A stretch of DNA of 64,000 nt from Methanomassiliicoccales archaeon (GTDB taxonomy: Archaea > Thermoplasmatota > Thermoplasmata > Methanomassiliicoccales > JACIVX01). This document shows, piece after piece, positions 38,668 through 48,570 of this stretch (the first letter of the stretch is position 1; every line of letters starts with the position of its first letter). The notes beneath the pieces are model-generated. The model searched no databases, was not told the origin of the DNA, and saw only the letters and a program-made list of their open reading frames with translations. The translations under genes and the position numbers were made by a program. The stretch covers positions 3,871 through 67,870 of the forward strand of contig JARYLV010000003.1 in the NCBI GenBank assembly GCA_029907465.1, in the 5' to 3' direction.

Positions 38668-38785
38668 GTTTCTCTTCCTCGCCGTTCTTGAAACTGCTGG
38701 GGACCAATATTCTGATACGATCTCCCGTTTTCGGAATCTAAATCGCAATATTTGAATCTGCGCGGTTCTAGCAATTTAGTACAAC

Positions 38786-39778
38786 TTAAAGATCCCAGTA
38801 CTTTCTCTGAATGTTAATGACCCTCTCGACAGATTCTCTGTTGATCGTCTCGACATTCTTGGGCTGTTCTCTATTCATAGGAATCTCTTTATTACAAATT
38901 AAACCACCGAGGCCTGCGAGTACCTCCGCTGTTGCCTCAAGATCATAACCTCCCTCGAGAATGAATGCAATCTTACGATCAGGAGATATATCGATCAATT
39001 TGCGACAAAGTTCGAGGTAACCAATCGTTGATAGCCTCAGCGAAGCAATTGGGTCGGCATAATGGGCATCAATTCCGATACTGACGAGCAGGCATTCAGG
39101 ATCGTACTGTTCGATTACGGGCTTGATAATCCTATCAAACGCGAAAAGATAGGTTTCGTCTCCGACGCCACTTCTCAATGGAATGTTGATTGTATACCCT
39201 TCACCTGTCCCTGTGCCGACATCTTCAGCGGCACCAGTGCCAGGATAAATCCCATACTGGTGAGTTGAGATGAAAAGTACCTTGTCATCGTCAAAGAAAA
39301 TATCTTCGGTACCATTTCCGTGGTGCACATCGATGTCAACGATCGCGATTCTATCGAGGGAGAGTTTTCTGGCCGCGATCGCTATATTATTGAAGTAACA
39401 GAATCCCCCACAGAAGTCCTTCCCCGCATGATGTCCAGGCGGCCTTACCAAGGCAAGAGCTGGTCGACAGGAATCGTAGGCAATCCTTGCAGCGGCAATC
39501 GCACCTCCTGCAGCAAGCAGGGCAATCTCATATGTTTCCTTACGGATATAAGTATCTGGATCGAGAAATCCTTCTTTCGCCGTTTTAATTCTTTCGATAT
39601 GGTCTTTCGTATGGACAAGCAGAAGGTCTGTGTCGGAGGCTGGTTCGGGTCTGATGACATCCTTCCACACGCTTGTATCCAACATCTTCCTTACTGCAAA
39701 AACAAGTCTGTCTGGACATTCAGGATGGCCACTATATTGAAAATGATCAAGATATCTTTCGTGAAAGACGATCGTCAT
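38786..39778 (-). CDS. histone deacetylase / acetoin-utilisation (AcuC-like) family deacetylase
   Basis: Motifs include RPPGHHA and DIDVHHGNGT, with a downstream GGY. Confidence 0.9.
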   Translation of the reverse strand: MTIVFHERYLDHFQYSGHPECPDRLVFAVRKMLDTSVWKDVIRPEPASDTDLLLVHTKDHIERIKTAKEGFLDPDTYIRKETYEIALLAAGGAIAAARIAYDSCRPALALVRPPGHHAGKDFCGGFCYFNNIAIAARKLSLDRIAIVDIDVHHGNGTEDIFFDDDKVLFISTHQYGIYPGTGAAEDVGTGTGEGYTINIPLRSGVGDETYLFAFDRIIKPVIEQYDPECLLVSIGIDAHYADPIASLRLSTIGYLELCRKLIDISPDRKIAFILEGGYDLEATAEVLAGLGGLICNKEIPMNREQPKNVETINRESVERVINIQRKYWDL

Positions 39779-39966
39779 CTAGACAGTATAAGAGAATTAT
39801 CCATTAAAAACACTCTCTTGACTGCGTGTGGTTAGATTGCCTCAAGAACAAATAAACGGGTAAAGAGCATCCTTGAACTTTCTCGAATCCATTACACCGC
39901 ATCATTGTGTGAATCACTAGCAAGCGTTAAATACTCGGCCTGAGATAAAGGTTGACTGTGTTTAGA

Positions 39967-40032
39967 ATGACCACGCGCTTTGATATTTCGGTGATTTCTC
40001 GTATTAGCGCAGTGGTGATCATAATTAGTTAG
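39967..40032 (+). promoter_or_regulatory. candidate branched-chain amino-acid leader peptide ORF (21 codons, MTTRFDISVISRISAVVIIIS)
   Basis: Hand translation runs from ATG 39967 to TAG 40030-40032. It contains 6 Ile and 3 Val codons out of 21, ending in GTG GTG ATC ATA ATT. It lies 55 nt upstream of ilvB. A TATA-like TTAAATA lies at 39927-39933. Confidence 0.45.
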
Positions 40033-40058
40033 AGGCATCCTCGTTGAAGGATGTCCTC
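40032..40058 (+). promoter_or_regulatory. stem-loop abutting the leader ORF stop codon
   Basis: GAGGCATCCT (40032-40041) pairs with AGGATG(T)CCTC (40048-58). This gives 10 bp with one bulged T, and the loop is CGTTGA. The first stem base is the G of the TAG stop. Confidence 0.35.
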
Positions 40059-40087
40059 ACCCATTGTTGGAGTATGGAGGGTAGCTT

Positions 40088-41758
40088 TTGAGAGGATCAA
40101 AGGCAGTTTTAGAATTACTTGAACGACACGGCGTCGAGGTCATGTTTGGATTACCGGGAGGCACCACAATTCCCCTGTACGATGACCTCCTGGATTCAAA
40201 AATACGTCACGTGCTAGTCCGTCACGAGCAATGCGCGGCACATATGGCCGACGGATACGCAAGAGCAACAGGAAGACCTGGCGTATGCACCTCAACTTCG
40301 GGACCGGGCGTGACGAATCTCATGACAGGCGTAGCCACAGCGTTTGTCGATTCCTCCCCGATGCTTGTGATCACAGGTCAAGTAGCCACCCACCTTATTG
40401 GTAATGATGCTTTTCAGGAGGCTGATTCCTTCAGCCTAATGATGCCGATCACCAAACACAACTTCAGAGTTCTCGATCCAAAAGACATCCCCGAGGCGAT
40501 CAAACGGGGGTTCAAGATCGCAACAACGGGGCGATATGGTCCGGTACACGTTGATTTGCCTGTTGATGTGATGCGCGGTGACGTACCGGATGAATTACTC
40601 GAAAGAGAGTTTCATGTGGCAAAGCCGTTAGAGGATCTATCCGATCTCCCTGAAGCGCTTAGGATGTTGCATGAGGCCGAGAGACCACTGTTGCTTGTGG
40701 GCGGAGGTGTCATTTGGGCTAATGCTTCTCCTGAGGTGCTTGAACTCGCAGAGACTCTCATGGCACCGATTGTGACGACGATCATGGGCAAAGGGGCGGT
40801 TCCGGAGAACCACCCTCTCTGCCTCGGCGTCATAGGCATGCACGGTCGAGAAGCTGCTAGAAGGGCATTCCTTGATTGCGACGTCCTCCTCGCCATCGGC
40901 ACACGATTTTCTGACAGGAGCGCAGGCAATCAGAGCATCCTTTCTGATAAAGTTAAAATCATTCATATCGATATTGACGCTGGCGAAGTTGGAAAGGGCA
41001 TGCATACGAGAGTTAAACTGATTGGCGATGCAAAAAAGATACTGAGGACAGTAATCGATCGGCTCAATGCCTCCAGAGAGGAAACGCCCTGGTCTCTTCG
41101 TATAAAAGCACTACGAGAGGAGTGCGAATGCTGTATCGATCTTGGTGGCAACCCGATCAAGCCACAGAAAGTCATTCATGAGCTCAACAAGATTTTGCCA
41201 GACGACGCGATTGTTACTACAGAGGTTGGACAGAACCAAATGTGGGCCGCACACTTCCTCAAAGTGAGACATCCGCGACAATTCATAACATCCGGTGGAT
41301 TTGGGACAATGGGATTTGGATTCCCTGCTGCTCTGGGAGTTAAGGTCGCCTTTCCAAATAGGCCCGTTATCGACATCGCAGGTGATGGGAGTTTGCAGAT
41401 GGTTTTCCAAGAGTTCGCGACAGCGGTCTGCGAGAATCTTCCCGTCATGGTCTGCCTCATGAACAACGGGTGGCTCGGGATGGTCAAGCAGTGGCAGAAG
41501 CTGTTTTGGGGGAAGCGTTATAGTGGCACAGAGTTAAGGAATAATCCCGATTTTGTGAAACTTGCCCAGGCCTTCGGAGCTGATGGTGTCGTAGTGGAGA
41601 AGCCATCAGAATTGAGGGAAGCACTGGAACGAGGTTTGAGATCTGATGTGCCATTCATCGTCGACATCCACGTCGATCCAGAAGAAGATGTTCTTCCGAT
41701 GATTCCGCCTGGTGGCGGTAAGGATCTTGTGAGGGGGCGCTGCAAATGGAGGTCATAA
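40088..41758 (+). CDS. ilvB: acetolactate synthase (biosynthetic), large subunit
   Basis: The protein is a ThDP enzyme with the motif GDGSLQM...NNG. The start is TTG, because an in-frame TAG at 40082-84 excludes earlier starts. A GGAGGG Shine-Dalgarno lies at 40076-40081. Confidence 0.95.
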   Translation: MRGSKAVLELLERHGVEVMFGLPGGTTIPLYDDLLDSKIRHVLVRHEQCAAHMADGYARATGRPGVCTSTSGPGVTNLMTGVATAFVDSSPMLVITGQVATHLIGNDAFQEADSFSLMMPITKHNFRVLDPKDIPEAIKRGFKIATTGRYGPVHVDLPVDVMRGDVPDELLEREFHVAKPLEDLSDLPEALRMLHEAERPLLLVGGGVIWANASPEVLELAETLMAPIVTTIMGKGAVPENHPLCLGVIGMHGREAARRAFLDCDVLLAIGTRFSDRSAGNQSILSDKVKIIHIDIDAGEVGKGMHTRVKLIGDAKKILRTVIDRLNASREETPWSLRIKALREECECCIDLGGNPIKPQKVIHELNKILPDDAIVTTEVGQNQMWAAHFLKVRHPRQFITSGGFGTMGFGFPAALGVKVAFPNRPVIDIAGDGSLQMVFQEFATAVCENLPVMVCLMNNGWLGMVKQWQKLFWGKRYSGTELRNNPDFVKLAQAFGADGVVVEKPSELREALERGLRSDVPFIVDIHVDPEEDVLPMIPPGGGKDLVRGRCKWRS

Positions 41759-42048
41759 GAATTATTGGCGAGAATACTCAGGGAGTCCTTCCTAAGGTTC
41801 TCTCAGAGCTCGTGCGAAGAAAGGTCGAAGTGAACAGAGCATTCGTCGAAAGGAGCGATGGTAAGGTCGAAATGGTCTTCGAAATCAGGAATTCTTCTCT
41901 CAACGGGAAACTGCTTCACTCACTCCGGAACCTTCAGGACGTCATTTCCGTCGAGTACCTAAAGGAAAAGTGCATTTGTCGCCTAGAGCTTTCGCCTGAG
42001 GAGAATTGCCAAACGGCATTCGTGGCATCACTTCGCAAAGATAATTAA
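41746..42048 (+). CDS. ilvN: short ACT-domain protein, probable acetolactate synthase small (regulatory) subunit
   Basis: The 100-aa protein has an ACT-like beta-alpha-beta-beta-alpha-beta pattern (IRIIGENTQGVLPKVLSELVRRKVEVN...). It overlaps the ilvB 3' end by 13 nt and sits between ilvB and ilvC. Confidence 0.6.
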   Translation: MEVIRIIGENTQGVLPKVLSELVRRKVEVNRAFVERSDGKVEMVFEIRNSSLNGKLLHSLRNLQDVISVEYLKEKCICRLELSPEENCQTAFVASLRKDN

Positions 42049-42125
42049 CGAGAAAGTTGAAGCGAATCTTGTTTATATTTGACATACTTTAAGGTCGCAA
42101 ATCAAATTGGATAGGTGAGATGTGT

Positions 42126-43124
42126 ATGGCGAAAATCTATCACGATAAAGATGCGGATCTAAATGTACTGAAGGGCAAGAAAATCGCTGTCCTTGGCTAC
42201 GGCAGCCAGGGTAGAGCCCAAGCCCTATGCCTAAAAGACAGCGGGTTAAATGTAGTCGTAGGTGTGAGAAAAGGTGGGAATTCCTGGGAGCAAGCTAAAA
42301 AGGATGGCGTTGCCGTCGCCGAGATTCCGGACGCTGTCAAGAACGCGGATGTTGTTATGATGCTCCTTCCAGATGAAGTTCAGGAAGAAGTTTACAACAA
42401 ATATGTGCTCCCGAACCTGAAGGAAGGTTGTGCACTCGATTTTGCGCATGGGTTTACCGTTGTTTACGGCCAGGTCAAACCGCCGAAAAATGTTGATGTC
42501 ATCATGGTCGCGCCAAAGTCACCTGGTAAGAGAGAGCGAGAGGTCTTCCTAGAGGGATTTGGCGTACCTGCACTCATCGCAGTAGAGCAGGACTACACTG
42601 GGCACGCGAAGGAGATCGTTCTTGCGCTCGCGAAGGGCATTGGGTCGACAAGAGCAGGCGTCATCGAGACTACATTCCATGAAGAGGTCACTTCTGATCT
42701 CTTCGGAGAGCAGGCGGTTCTTTGCGGCGGCGTCACTGCGCTGATTCTCGCTGGTTTCGATACACTTGTGAAAAGAGGGTATCAGCCAGAACTGGCGTAT
42801 TTCGAATGCCTTCACGAGCTAAAACTCATCGTGGATCTAATCCAAGCAGGTGGACTCGTACACATGTGGAAGAACGTCAGCAACACGGCCGAATTCGGTG
42901 GACTCACGCAGAGAGATTACATTATTACCGAGGAGACGAGAAAGGCGATGGACAGGATGCTCGATAAGATTCTCTCTGGCGAGTTTTCCAAAGAATGGAT
43001 TGCTGACTGGAAGAACGGTCTCAAGAGAATGAAAGAGTTGGAGAAACAAGAGTCGGAAAGGCTGATCGAGGTTGTTGGCAGAGAAATCAGATCACTCTTT
43101 GAAATGAAGAAAACAAACGATTGA
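42126..43124 (+). CDS. ilvC: ketol-acid reductoisomerase
   Basis: The GYGSQG NADP motif is present and similarity runs the full length. ATG 42126 (MAKIYHDKDADL) is the likely start. Confidence 0.95.
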   Translation: MAKIYHDKDADLNVLKGKKIAVLGYGSQGRAQALCLKDSGLNVVVGVRKGGNSWEQAKKDGVAVAEIPDAVKNADVVMMLLPDEVQEEVYNKYVLPNLKEGCALDFAHGFTVVYGQVKPPKNVDVIMVAPKSPGKREREVFLEGFGVPALIAVEQDYTGHAKEIVLALAKGIGSTRAGVIETTFHEEVTSDLFGEQAVLCGGVTALILAGFDTLVKRGYQPELAYFECLHELKLIVDLIQAGGLVHMWKNVSNTAEFGGLTQRDYIITEETRKAMDRMLDKILSGEFSKEWIADWKNGLKRMKELEKQESERLIEVVGREIRSLFEMKKTND

Positions 43125-43239
43125 TTTTTTTGCCACATTTCTTAGAAACAATCCCCTTTCCTTATTTTTTGGTCGTAATAAATAATATTTAATCCGTAAC
43201 TTTATAACGGTCGGTGATAAAGTGACGAGACGGGTGAGA

Positions 43240-43593
43240 ATGACCACGCCACACGATGAATTCCTTATTGAGTTAAACGATACGAATACGGCTGAAGCTA
43301 TCTGGAACGCCCTTCCTTTCGATGCCTACACAAATATATGGGGTGAAGAGATTTACTTTGAGATTCCAGTAAAAATGAAACTGGAGCGCGGCAAGAAGGT
43401 AATGGAAATCGGCGAGGTTGCGTACTGGCCTGATGGAAACGCCCTCTGCCTCTTTTATGGACCGACACCCATAAGCAGCGACGACTCTCCAGTTGCGATT
43501 TCGCCCGTCACACCAGTTGGTAGGGTATTAGGGGATCCAAAGAATCTGAGAAGAGTTGGTGACCGGATGAAGGTCACACTCGACCGGGCCTAA
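43240..43593 (+). CDS. cyclophilin-like fold protein (TM1367-like family)
   Basis: Family-typical stretches are present (IWNALPF...NIWGEEIYFEIP...EIGEVAYWPDGNALCLFYGPTP). ATG 43240 is preferred over GTG 43222. Confidence 0.65.
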   Translation: MTTPHDEFLIELNDTNTAEAIWNALPFDAYTNIWGEEIYFEIPVKMKLERGKKVMEIGEVAYWPDGNALCLFYGPTPISSDDSPVAISPVTPVGRVLGDPKNLRRVGDRMKVTLDRA

Positions 43594-43615
43594 TCATCAA
43601 AAAATTGTTAAAGAT

Positions 43616-44980
43616 CTATTTTCCGCCGATTAGTTCCAGGGACTCAATACTCACTGTTGGGACAATGCATGACTTGACTACGGTTGAATCATTGGCGATG
43701 TCCCCAATTTTACGCAGTGCTTCAAACATATTACCAACAAGTAGCGCATGATTGATCCTCTGGATGATCTCCCCCTGCTTGATAACGGACGCGCATCTCA
43801 CTTCCATTGCAAATGCGCCATTGATCGGATTAACTTCTGGAGCCGCGACCCGTTCGATCAGTATGCCATCATCGACCGAAGAAATGAGAGATTCTCTACT
43901 CTTATTCCCTGGCACTAGGACAAGGTTGATAGGACTGATCGACACAGGTGTCCTGTAAATGCCATGAGCGTCCGTGGGATTTCTCCTCATCCCGTTGCCT
44001 GAAGACTTGACGCCTTCTAGTGTTGCAGTATAAAAGTCATAAATGAATTGCTTGAGAATTCCTTTCTCGACAATCGTTTTTTTCGATGTTGGTGTACCTT
44101 CATCATCAAACGGTGCCGAGAGAATTCCTTTTCCGTCACTTGGATCGTCAACAATTGTGACCTGCGAGGACGCCACTGCGTCGTTAATCTTGTTTGCCCA
44201 CGCGCTTCTTTTCCTGTGAACATTCTCACCATCAATCGCATGACCGACAGATGTTAGGAGCATTTCTGCGAAGTTGGCGGGGGTCAACACCGTTTCCCCA
44301 ATAAATCGCCCTTTAAAAGGCACCGCCCGGGCAGACGCCTTAGCTCCTTCTTTGAGAGATTTTCCGATCGAAAAGGGATCAACGTCGCTCAAATGCGTTG
44401 AATAAAATTCTTCGATGCCTTCTCCAGGAGCTTTGTCATTTGCCTTGGCGGTAAATCTTAGATAAAGCATCGTACTCTTGTGAGAAGCGTCGACACCATT
44501 TGAGTTCACGATCCTCAGTTCGATTGTAGAGATCCTCAGTAAACCGAGGGGCACCTCGACCTTTCCCTTCTCAGTACAGCAACCCACAATGGAACTTGCG
44601 ATCCCTGCTAGTTCTCTAGGAGTTGCCAATTCGATTTGTTCATCATAGACCTTTGGAGAAAAAACTGCCTGCCCTCCAGCAGAGAACTGTTCGAAATTTC
44701 TGTCCTCGGGAGAAACTGTCGCCAAATCACTAGCGAGGCGAACGCACCTCTCTGCATCTTTGATTCCATCACATGTTGATGCGGATTGGCCTATCCTCTT
44801 TCCCTTCGCAATTCTGACAGCTATCCCCCGATCGAACTTCTCCTCTACACTCTTGATCGATCCGTCGTCAACGTAGACACTCAGGATTTTTGCCTCTGTT
44901 CCGAATATTTCGAACTGATTTACTCCAATTTCCCCCCTTGCGGTTCTGCTCGCAATTTCGACAATCCTCTCGAGATTCAA
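43616..44980 (-). CDS. pmbA: TldD/PmbA family metalloprotease subunit (PmbA-like)
   Basis: Similarity is family-wide and the gene is paired with tldD. Its start abuts the tldD stop. Confidence 0.85.
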   Translation of the reverse strand: MNLERIVEIASRTARGEIGVNQFEIFGTEAKILSVYVDDGSIKSVEEKFDRGIAVRIAKGKRIGQSASTCDGIKDAERCVRLASDLATVSPEDRNFEQFSAGGQAVFSPKVYDEQIELATPRELAGIASSIVGCCTEKGKVEVPLGLLRISTIELRIVNSNGVDASHKSTMLYLRFTAKANDKAPGEGIEEFYSTHLSDVDPFSIGKSLKEGAKASARAVPFKGRFIGETVLTPANFAEMLLTSVGHAIDGENVHRKRSAWANKINDAVASSQVTIVDDPSDGKGILSAPFDDEGTPTSKKTIVEKGILKQFIYDFYTATLEGVKSSGNGMRRNPTDAHGIYRTPVSISPINLVLVPGNKSRESLISSVDDGILIERVAAPEVNPINGAFAMEVRCASVIKQGEIIQRINHALLVGNMFEALRKIGDIANDSTVVKSCIVPTVSIESLELIGGK

Positions 44981-46357
44981 TTAACCGCCTCCAACGATAA
45001 GCCTGGATCTACAATAAGGCCCTCCGGATGAGACGGGGACAAAATCCTCCGTCCCTTTACCACACGTACCACCATCCAGCTGAACCTCTGTGCCAACGGC
45101 GTCCATCGTTTTGAGTATCTGTAAAGCATTTCCAGTCAATGTAAACGATCTCAGTAAGTCCCGGATTTCACCCTTCTCAATGAGATATCCGCGGAGTGTC
45201 TTTGCCTCGAAACCTCCTCCGACAGGATCTTCCATACCGCTGATCATTTTCTCCGCGAGCACACCATAATCGATGTCCTCGATCATTTCCTCAAGAGTCC
45301 AGTCCCCACCTTCGATATACGTATTCGTCATTCGGGCCCAGATTCGCTTGCTGAAATCTTGAGCACGACCGTTCCCAGTAGGTCTCGCACCCATTTGAGA
45401 AGCGGTTTCAAGATTGTGCATATACCCTCGATAAATCCCTCTATCAATAATCAGTGTCCTCGAGCTCGGCACGCCTTCATCGTCCACAGGTATTGATCCA
45501 TAGGCGCCTTTGATCGTCCCATCATCCACCAAGGTGACAGCTTCGCTCGCAACTATTTCTCCGACGGCTTTTGTCAGGAAAGATCTCCTCTTGACGACCT
45601 CATCGGCTTCCGCTGCGTGACCGATCACTTCATGAGCGAGAAGGCCAGTTATCTGAGGATCAGAGATACATGTCAAATAACCAGATGGCGGCTTTTTCGC
45701 TTCGAGCATTCTAATGGCTTCCTCACCGCACTTTCTACCAATCGACTCGAGATCGCTACTTTTCGCGATTTCAAACCCTCCTGTTCCGTCCACGCTTTCG
45801 TAGTAGATCTCTTGTCGGCCAGCCTCAGAAGCAACTGAGTAAGCGATGAGACGGACTCTAACCTCCTCCCATTTGATCTGGGCGCCGAAAGAATTCATTA
45901 AAAAATTCGTTCTCACCTCGTCTCTATAATTCGCATTCGTATTGACGATGCGTTTATCGACTCGTTGAGACGATTCGAGCTCCTTTACCACCTTAATTTT
46001 TTCATCGATCGGTACATCGATAGGATGTATCCTGAGATCCGCTCTGATCTTCCTCTCGAGTGATGGCATTTCCATAATTTTTTGTCCAGCCGAACCACCT
46101 AATTTTGCATTCTTCACAGCATTAATACATGAAGCAATGGTGGAAGATCTGTCAAGGGCGACAGTAGAGGCGTACCCCCATGATCCTCCGATCCTCGCCC
46201 TGAAGCACAGTCCTCCAATCCTTTCCTCATTAAGTGCTCTAATCCCTCCGTCAACAATCCTGATCTGACACGAATGTATAGTTTGAAATCGGGTATCGCA
46301 AAACTCCGCACCTTCTCGTAACATGCGATCGACGGCTTCGCTCAGGATATCCTCCAT
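44981..46357 (-). CDS. tldD: TldD metalloprotease subunit
   Basis: The HExxxH motif (HEVIGHAAE) is present and similarity runs the full length. Confidence 0.9.
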   Translation of the reverse strand: MEDILSEAVDRMLREGAEFCDTRFQTIHSCQIRIVDGGIRALNEERIGGLCFRARIGGSWGYASTVALDRSSTIASCINAVKNAKLGGSAGQKIMEMPSLERKIRADLRIHPIDVPIDEKIKVVKELESSQRVDKRIVNTNANYRDEVRTNFLMNSFGAQIKWEEVRVRLIAYSVASEAGRQEIYYESVDGTGGFEIAKSSDLESIGRKCGEEAIRMLEAKKPPSGYLTCISDPQITGLLAHEVIGHAAEADEVVKRRSFLTKAVGEIVASEAVTLVDDGTIKGAYGSIPVDDEGVPSSRTLIIDRGIYRGYMHNLETASQMGARPTGNGRAQDFSKRIWARMTNTYIEGGDWTLEEMIEDIDYGVLAEKMISGMEDPVGGGFEAKTLRGYLIEKGEIRDLLRSFTLTGNALQILKTMDAVGTEVQLDGGTCGKGTEDFVPVSSGGPYCRSRLIVGGG

Positions 46358-47446
46358 TCAGATCACCATCAATTCTTTCGGAGCGGTCGTTAACAATTCG
46401 CATCCACTTGCCGTAACGAGCACATCATCTTCGATCCTGATCCCTCCAATGCCAGGAACATATATGCCTGGCTCGACCGTAAGGACCATGTTCTCTTCCA
46501 GAACGAAACCGTCCTCGGCCGCGATTCTACCCCCATCATGAACAGAGAGACCTATCGCATGGCCAATCGAGTGAATGAATCTTCCCTTGAATCGAGTCGC
46601 GTCTATGATATCTCTAGCACAGGCGTCGATGTCCTTTGCCCTAGCACCTGCACGCATCATCCTGATCGCAGCATCCTGGGCCTCAAGCACGATTGAGTAC
46701 ATTTCTTCAAGATCCGGATGCGGCTTACCAAAAAAGAAAGTGCGAGTGATGTCAGAGCAATAGCGCCGGTACTTTGCGCCAAAATCAAAGAGAGCGCATT
46801 CGCCTCTTGACAGTTTTTTATCCGTGGGTACATGATGAGGTTCAGCTGAATTTGCTCCAAAAGAGGCATTGGGATCGAACGACGGTGAAGTTGCCCCTTT
46901 CTTCTGCATCCGATATGCGATCTCAGCAGCGGCTTCGTATTCTGTTATTCCTTCTGTTAGAAAATGTGGGATCTCTTCTGCAACAACAGAAACGATCTTG
47001 CATGCTTTCCTAATCCTTTCAACCTCATTGCTATCTTTCACCAAACGGGCTTTCTCAATCGCTTTCCAAACATCGACTTCTTCAATCCCTGGCACGGCTT
47101 TCTTAATTTCGCGAAAGTTCCTCAACGTGATCGCTGCACCATTAATTCCCAGTCGTTTGACGCCTCGGAGAGAATCCTTCAACATCTGTTCCCTGTCAGC
47201 CCCCTTATTAAATACTCTCACGTTATCGAGAACTGATCTCGCACTGGTCTCTTCCAGCTTCGACGAAAAAAGATCCAAACCGCCATCTGGCCATAATATT
47301 ACAAAGCAACCTTCAAAAAGTCCTGATTCAAGTCCTGTCACATAAAAAAATGACTGATCGATATTTGGTTCAGCATCATTGATGAGCAAAATCGCGTCGA
47401 CTTCTTCGACAAGATTCGCAAAAACGCGCTTCACCCTTCCATTCAT
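46358..47446 (-). CDS. M24-family Xaa-Pro aminopeptidase/dipeptidase
   Basis: It has the pita-bread metal ligands (DFGAKYRRYCSDITRT, HSIGHAIGLSVHD, VEPGIY, IRIEDDVLV). ATG 47446 is preferred over the track start at 47557. Confidence 0.85.
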   Translation of the reverse strand: MNGRVKRVFANLVEEVDAILLINDAEPNIDQSFFYVTGLESGLFEGCFVILWPDGGLDLFSSKLEETSARSVLDNVRVFNKGADREQMLKDSLRGVKRLGINGAAITLRNFREIKKAVPGIEEVDVWKAIEKARLVKDSNEVERIRKACKIVSVVAEEIPHFLTEGITEYEAAAEIAYRMQKKGATSPSFDPNASFGANSAEPHHVPTDKKLSRGECALFDFGAKYRRYCSDITRTFFFGKPHPDLEEMYSIVLEAQDAAIRMMRAGARAKDIDACARDIIDATRFKGRFIHSIGHAIGLSVHDGGRIAAEDGFVLEENMVLTVEPGIYVPGIGGIRIEDDVLVTASGCELLTTAPKELMVI

Positions 47447-47541
47447 GGGACCACTCGGGGATGAGAAGTCACATAATCGCTTATAACTATTCCTACGAAT
47501 TGACTTTTTCTGTGCAGTCTGGAGCGCCAGGAAAAAGTGTT

Positions 47542-48360
47542 TCACACACCGATCCAAACATTGCTGATAATTCGTTTTAGGGCTGCAATCGCGGAAAGCG
47601 CAGCAAGATAACTTGTTGATGGATTTTGTGGGAATGGTATGTTGCTTGTCGTTGAGGTAATCTCACCAAACGGGCCTCTGACAATCAAAGTGTGCGTGTT
47701 CCTATCCCCGTTGGGATCGCACACGATTTTCACTCTGGTTCTGTCAAATCCTATACCCAATAAGCTCACTGTCGCGGCGACATTCATATTCCTCGGAAAA
47801 ATCTGAGCAGCCTCGCGTGCTGAGCCCTCAAAAACGACCGTCGGTTCCTTGATCTTGTCGATATCGATTCCTCTTTTTCTAAAGTATTCAATTGAGCGGA
47901 GACTCTTAGCTCCTTTTGTAGTTATCAGTGTCACTTCGTCGATTTGACCTGCAGAAGCTGATCGGAGACCGTCAGTGCCAGTTATCGCTCCTGAGGGGAC
48001 AAAAATACGGCTTCCCTTTTCCTTCGAGAGTCTGAAACATCTTTCTCTAAATTCATCGTCTACAAGGGCACCCACGCTCATCATCATTACGTCAACACCT
48101 TTCTCAAGGAAAAAGGGGACAAAGTCCCTTGCTGCTTCCTGGCTTGCAGCTTCAACAACTAAATCGAGATCGTTGACAATAGCAGAAAGACTTTCGTTGC
48201 TATTGTCGACATATTTGACTTTATGTAATCTTTCAACCAAATGGGCGGCACAGACCTTACTCTTGTCTGTGATGTAGATTGTATCGACCTCAGACATCTC
48301 GTCAACGGCTTTTGCCAATGTAGTGCCGATCGATCCACACCCGATGATGAGGAGCCGCAT
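47542..48360 (-). CDS. nadX: L-aspartate dehydrogenase
   Basis: The N-terminus reads MRLLIIGCGSIG. The core stretch VVFEGSAREAAQIFPRNMNVAATV...HTLIV...ENPSTS closely resembles Thermotoga-type NadX. Confidence 0.85.
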   Translation of the reverse strand: MRLLIIGCGSIGTTLAKAVDEMSEVDTIYITDKSKVCAAHLVERLHKVKYVDNSNESLSAIVNDLDLVVEAASQEAARDFVPFFLEKGVDVMMMSVGALVDDEFRERCFRLSKEKGSRIFVPSGAITGTDGLRSASAGQIDEVTLITTKGAKSLRSIEYFRKRGIDIDKIKEPTVVFEGSAREAAQIFPRNMNVAATVSLLGIGFDRTRVKIVCDPNGDRNTHTLIVRGPFGEITSTTSNIPFPQNPSTSYLAALSAIAALKRIISNVWIGV

Positions 48361-48570
48361 GCGAGTCGCTACCTATACGCAGCTCCGATATAATTTTATT
48401 GCACAAACGAAACCGGCGAAGGAAAGACCTCCTGGAAATTCGGAGAAAATTATCGAATTCCAATTCTATTACAAAACGAGTCTCACGGCATATTATAACT
48501 CGATCAGTAAATGACCAATGCAGTAGAAAAAGGTCTAATTCAACATTGTAGCCGGGTTACCACGCCATTT

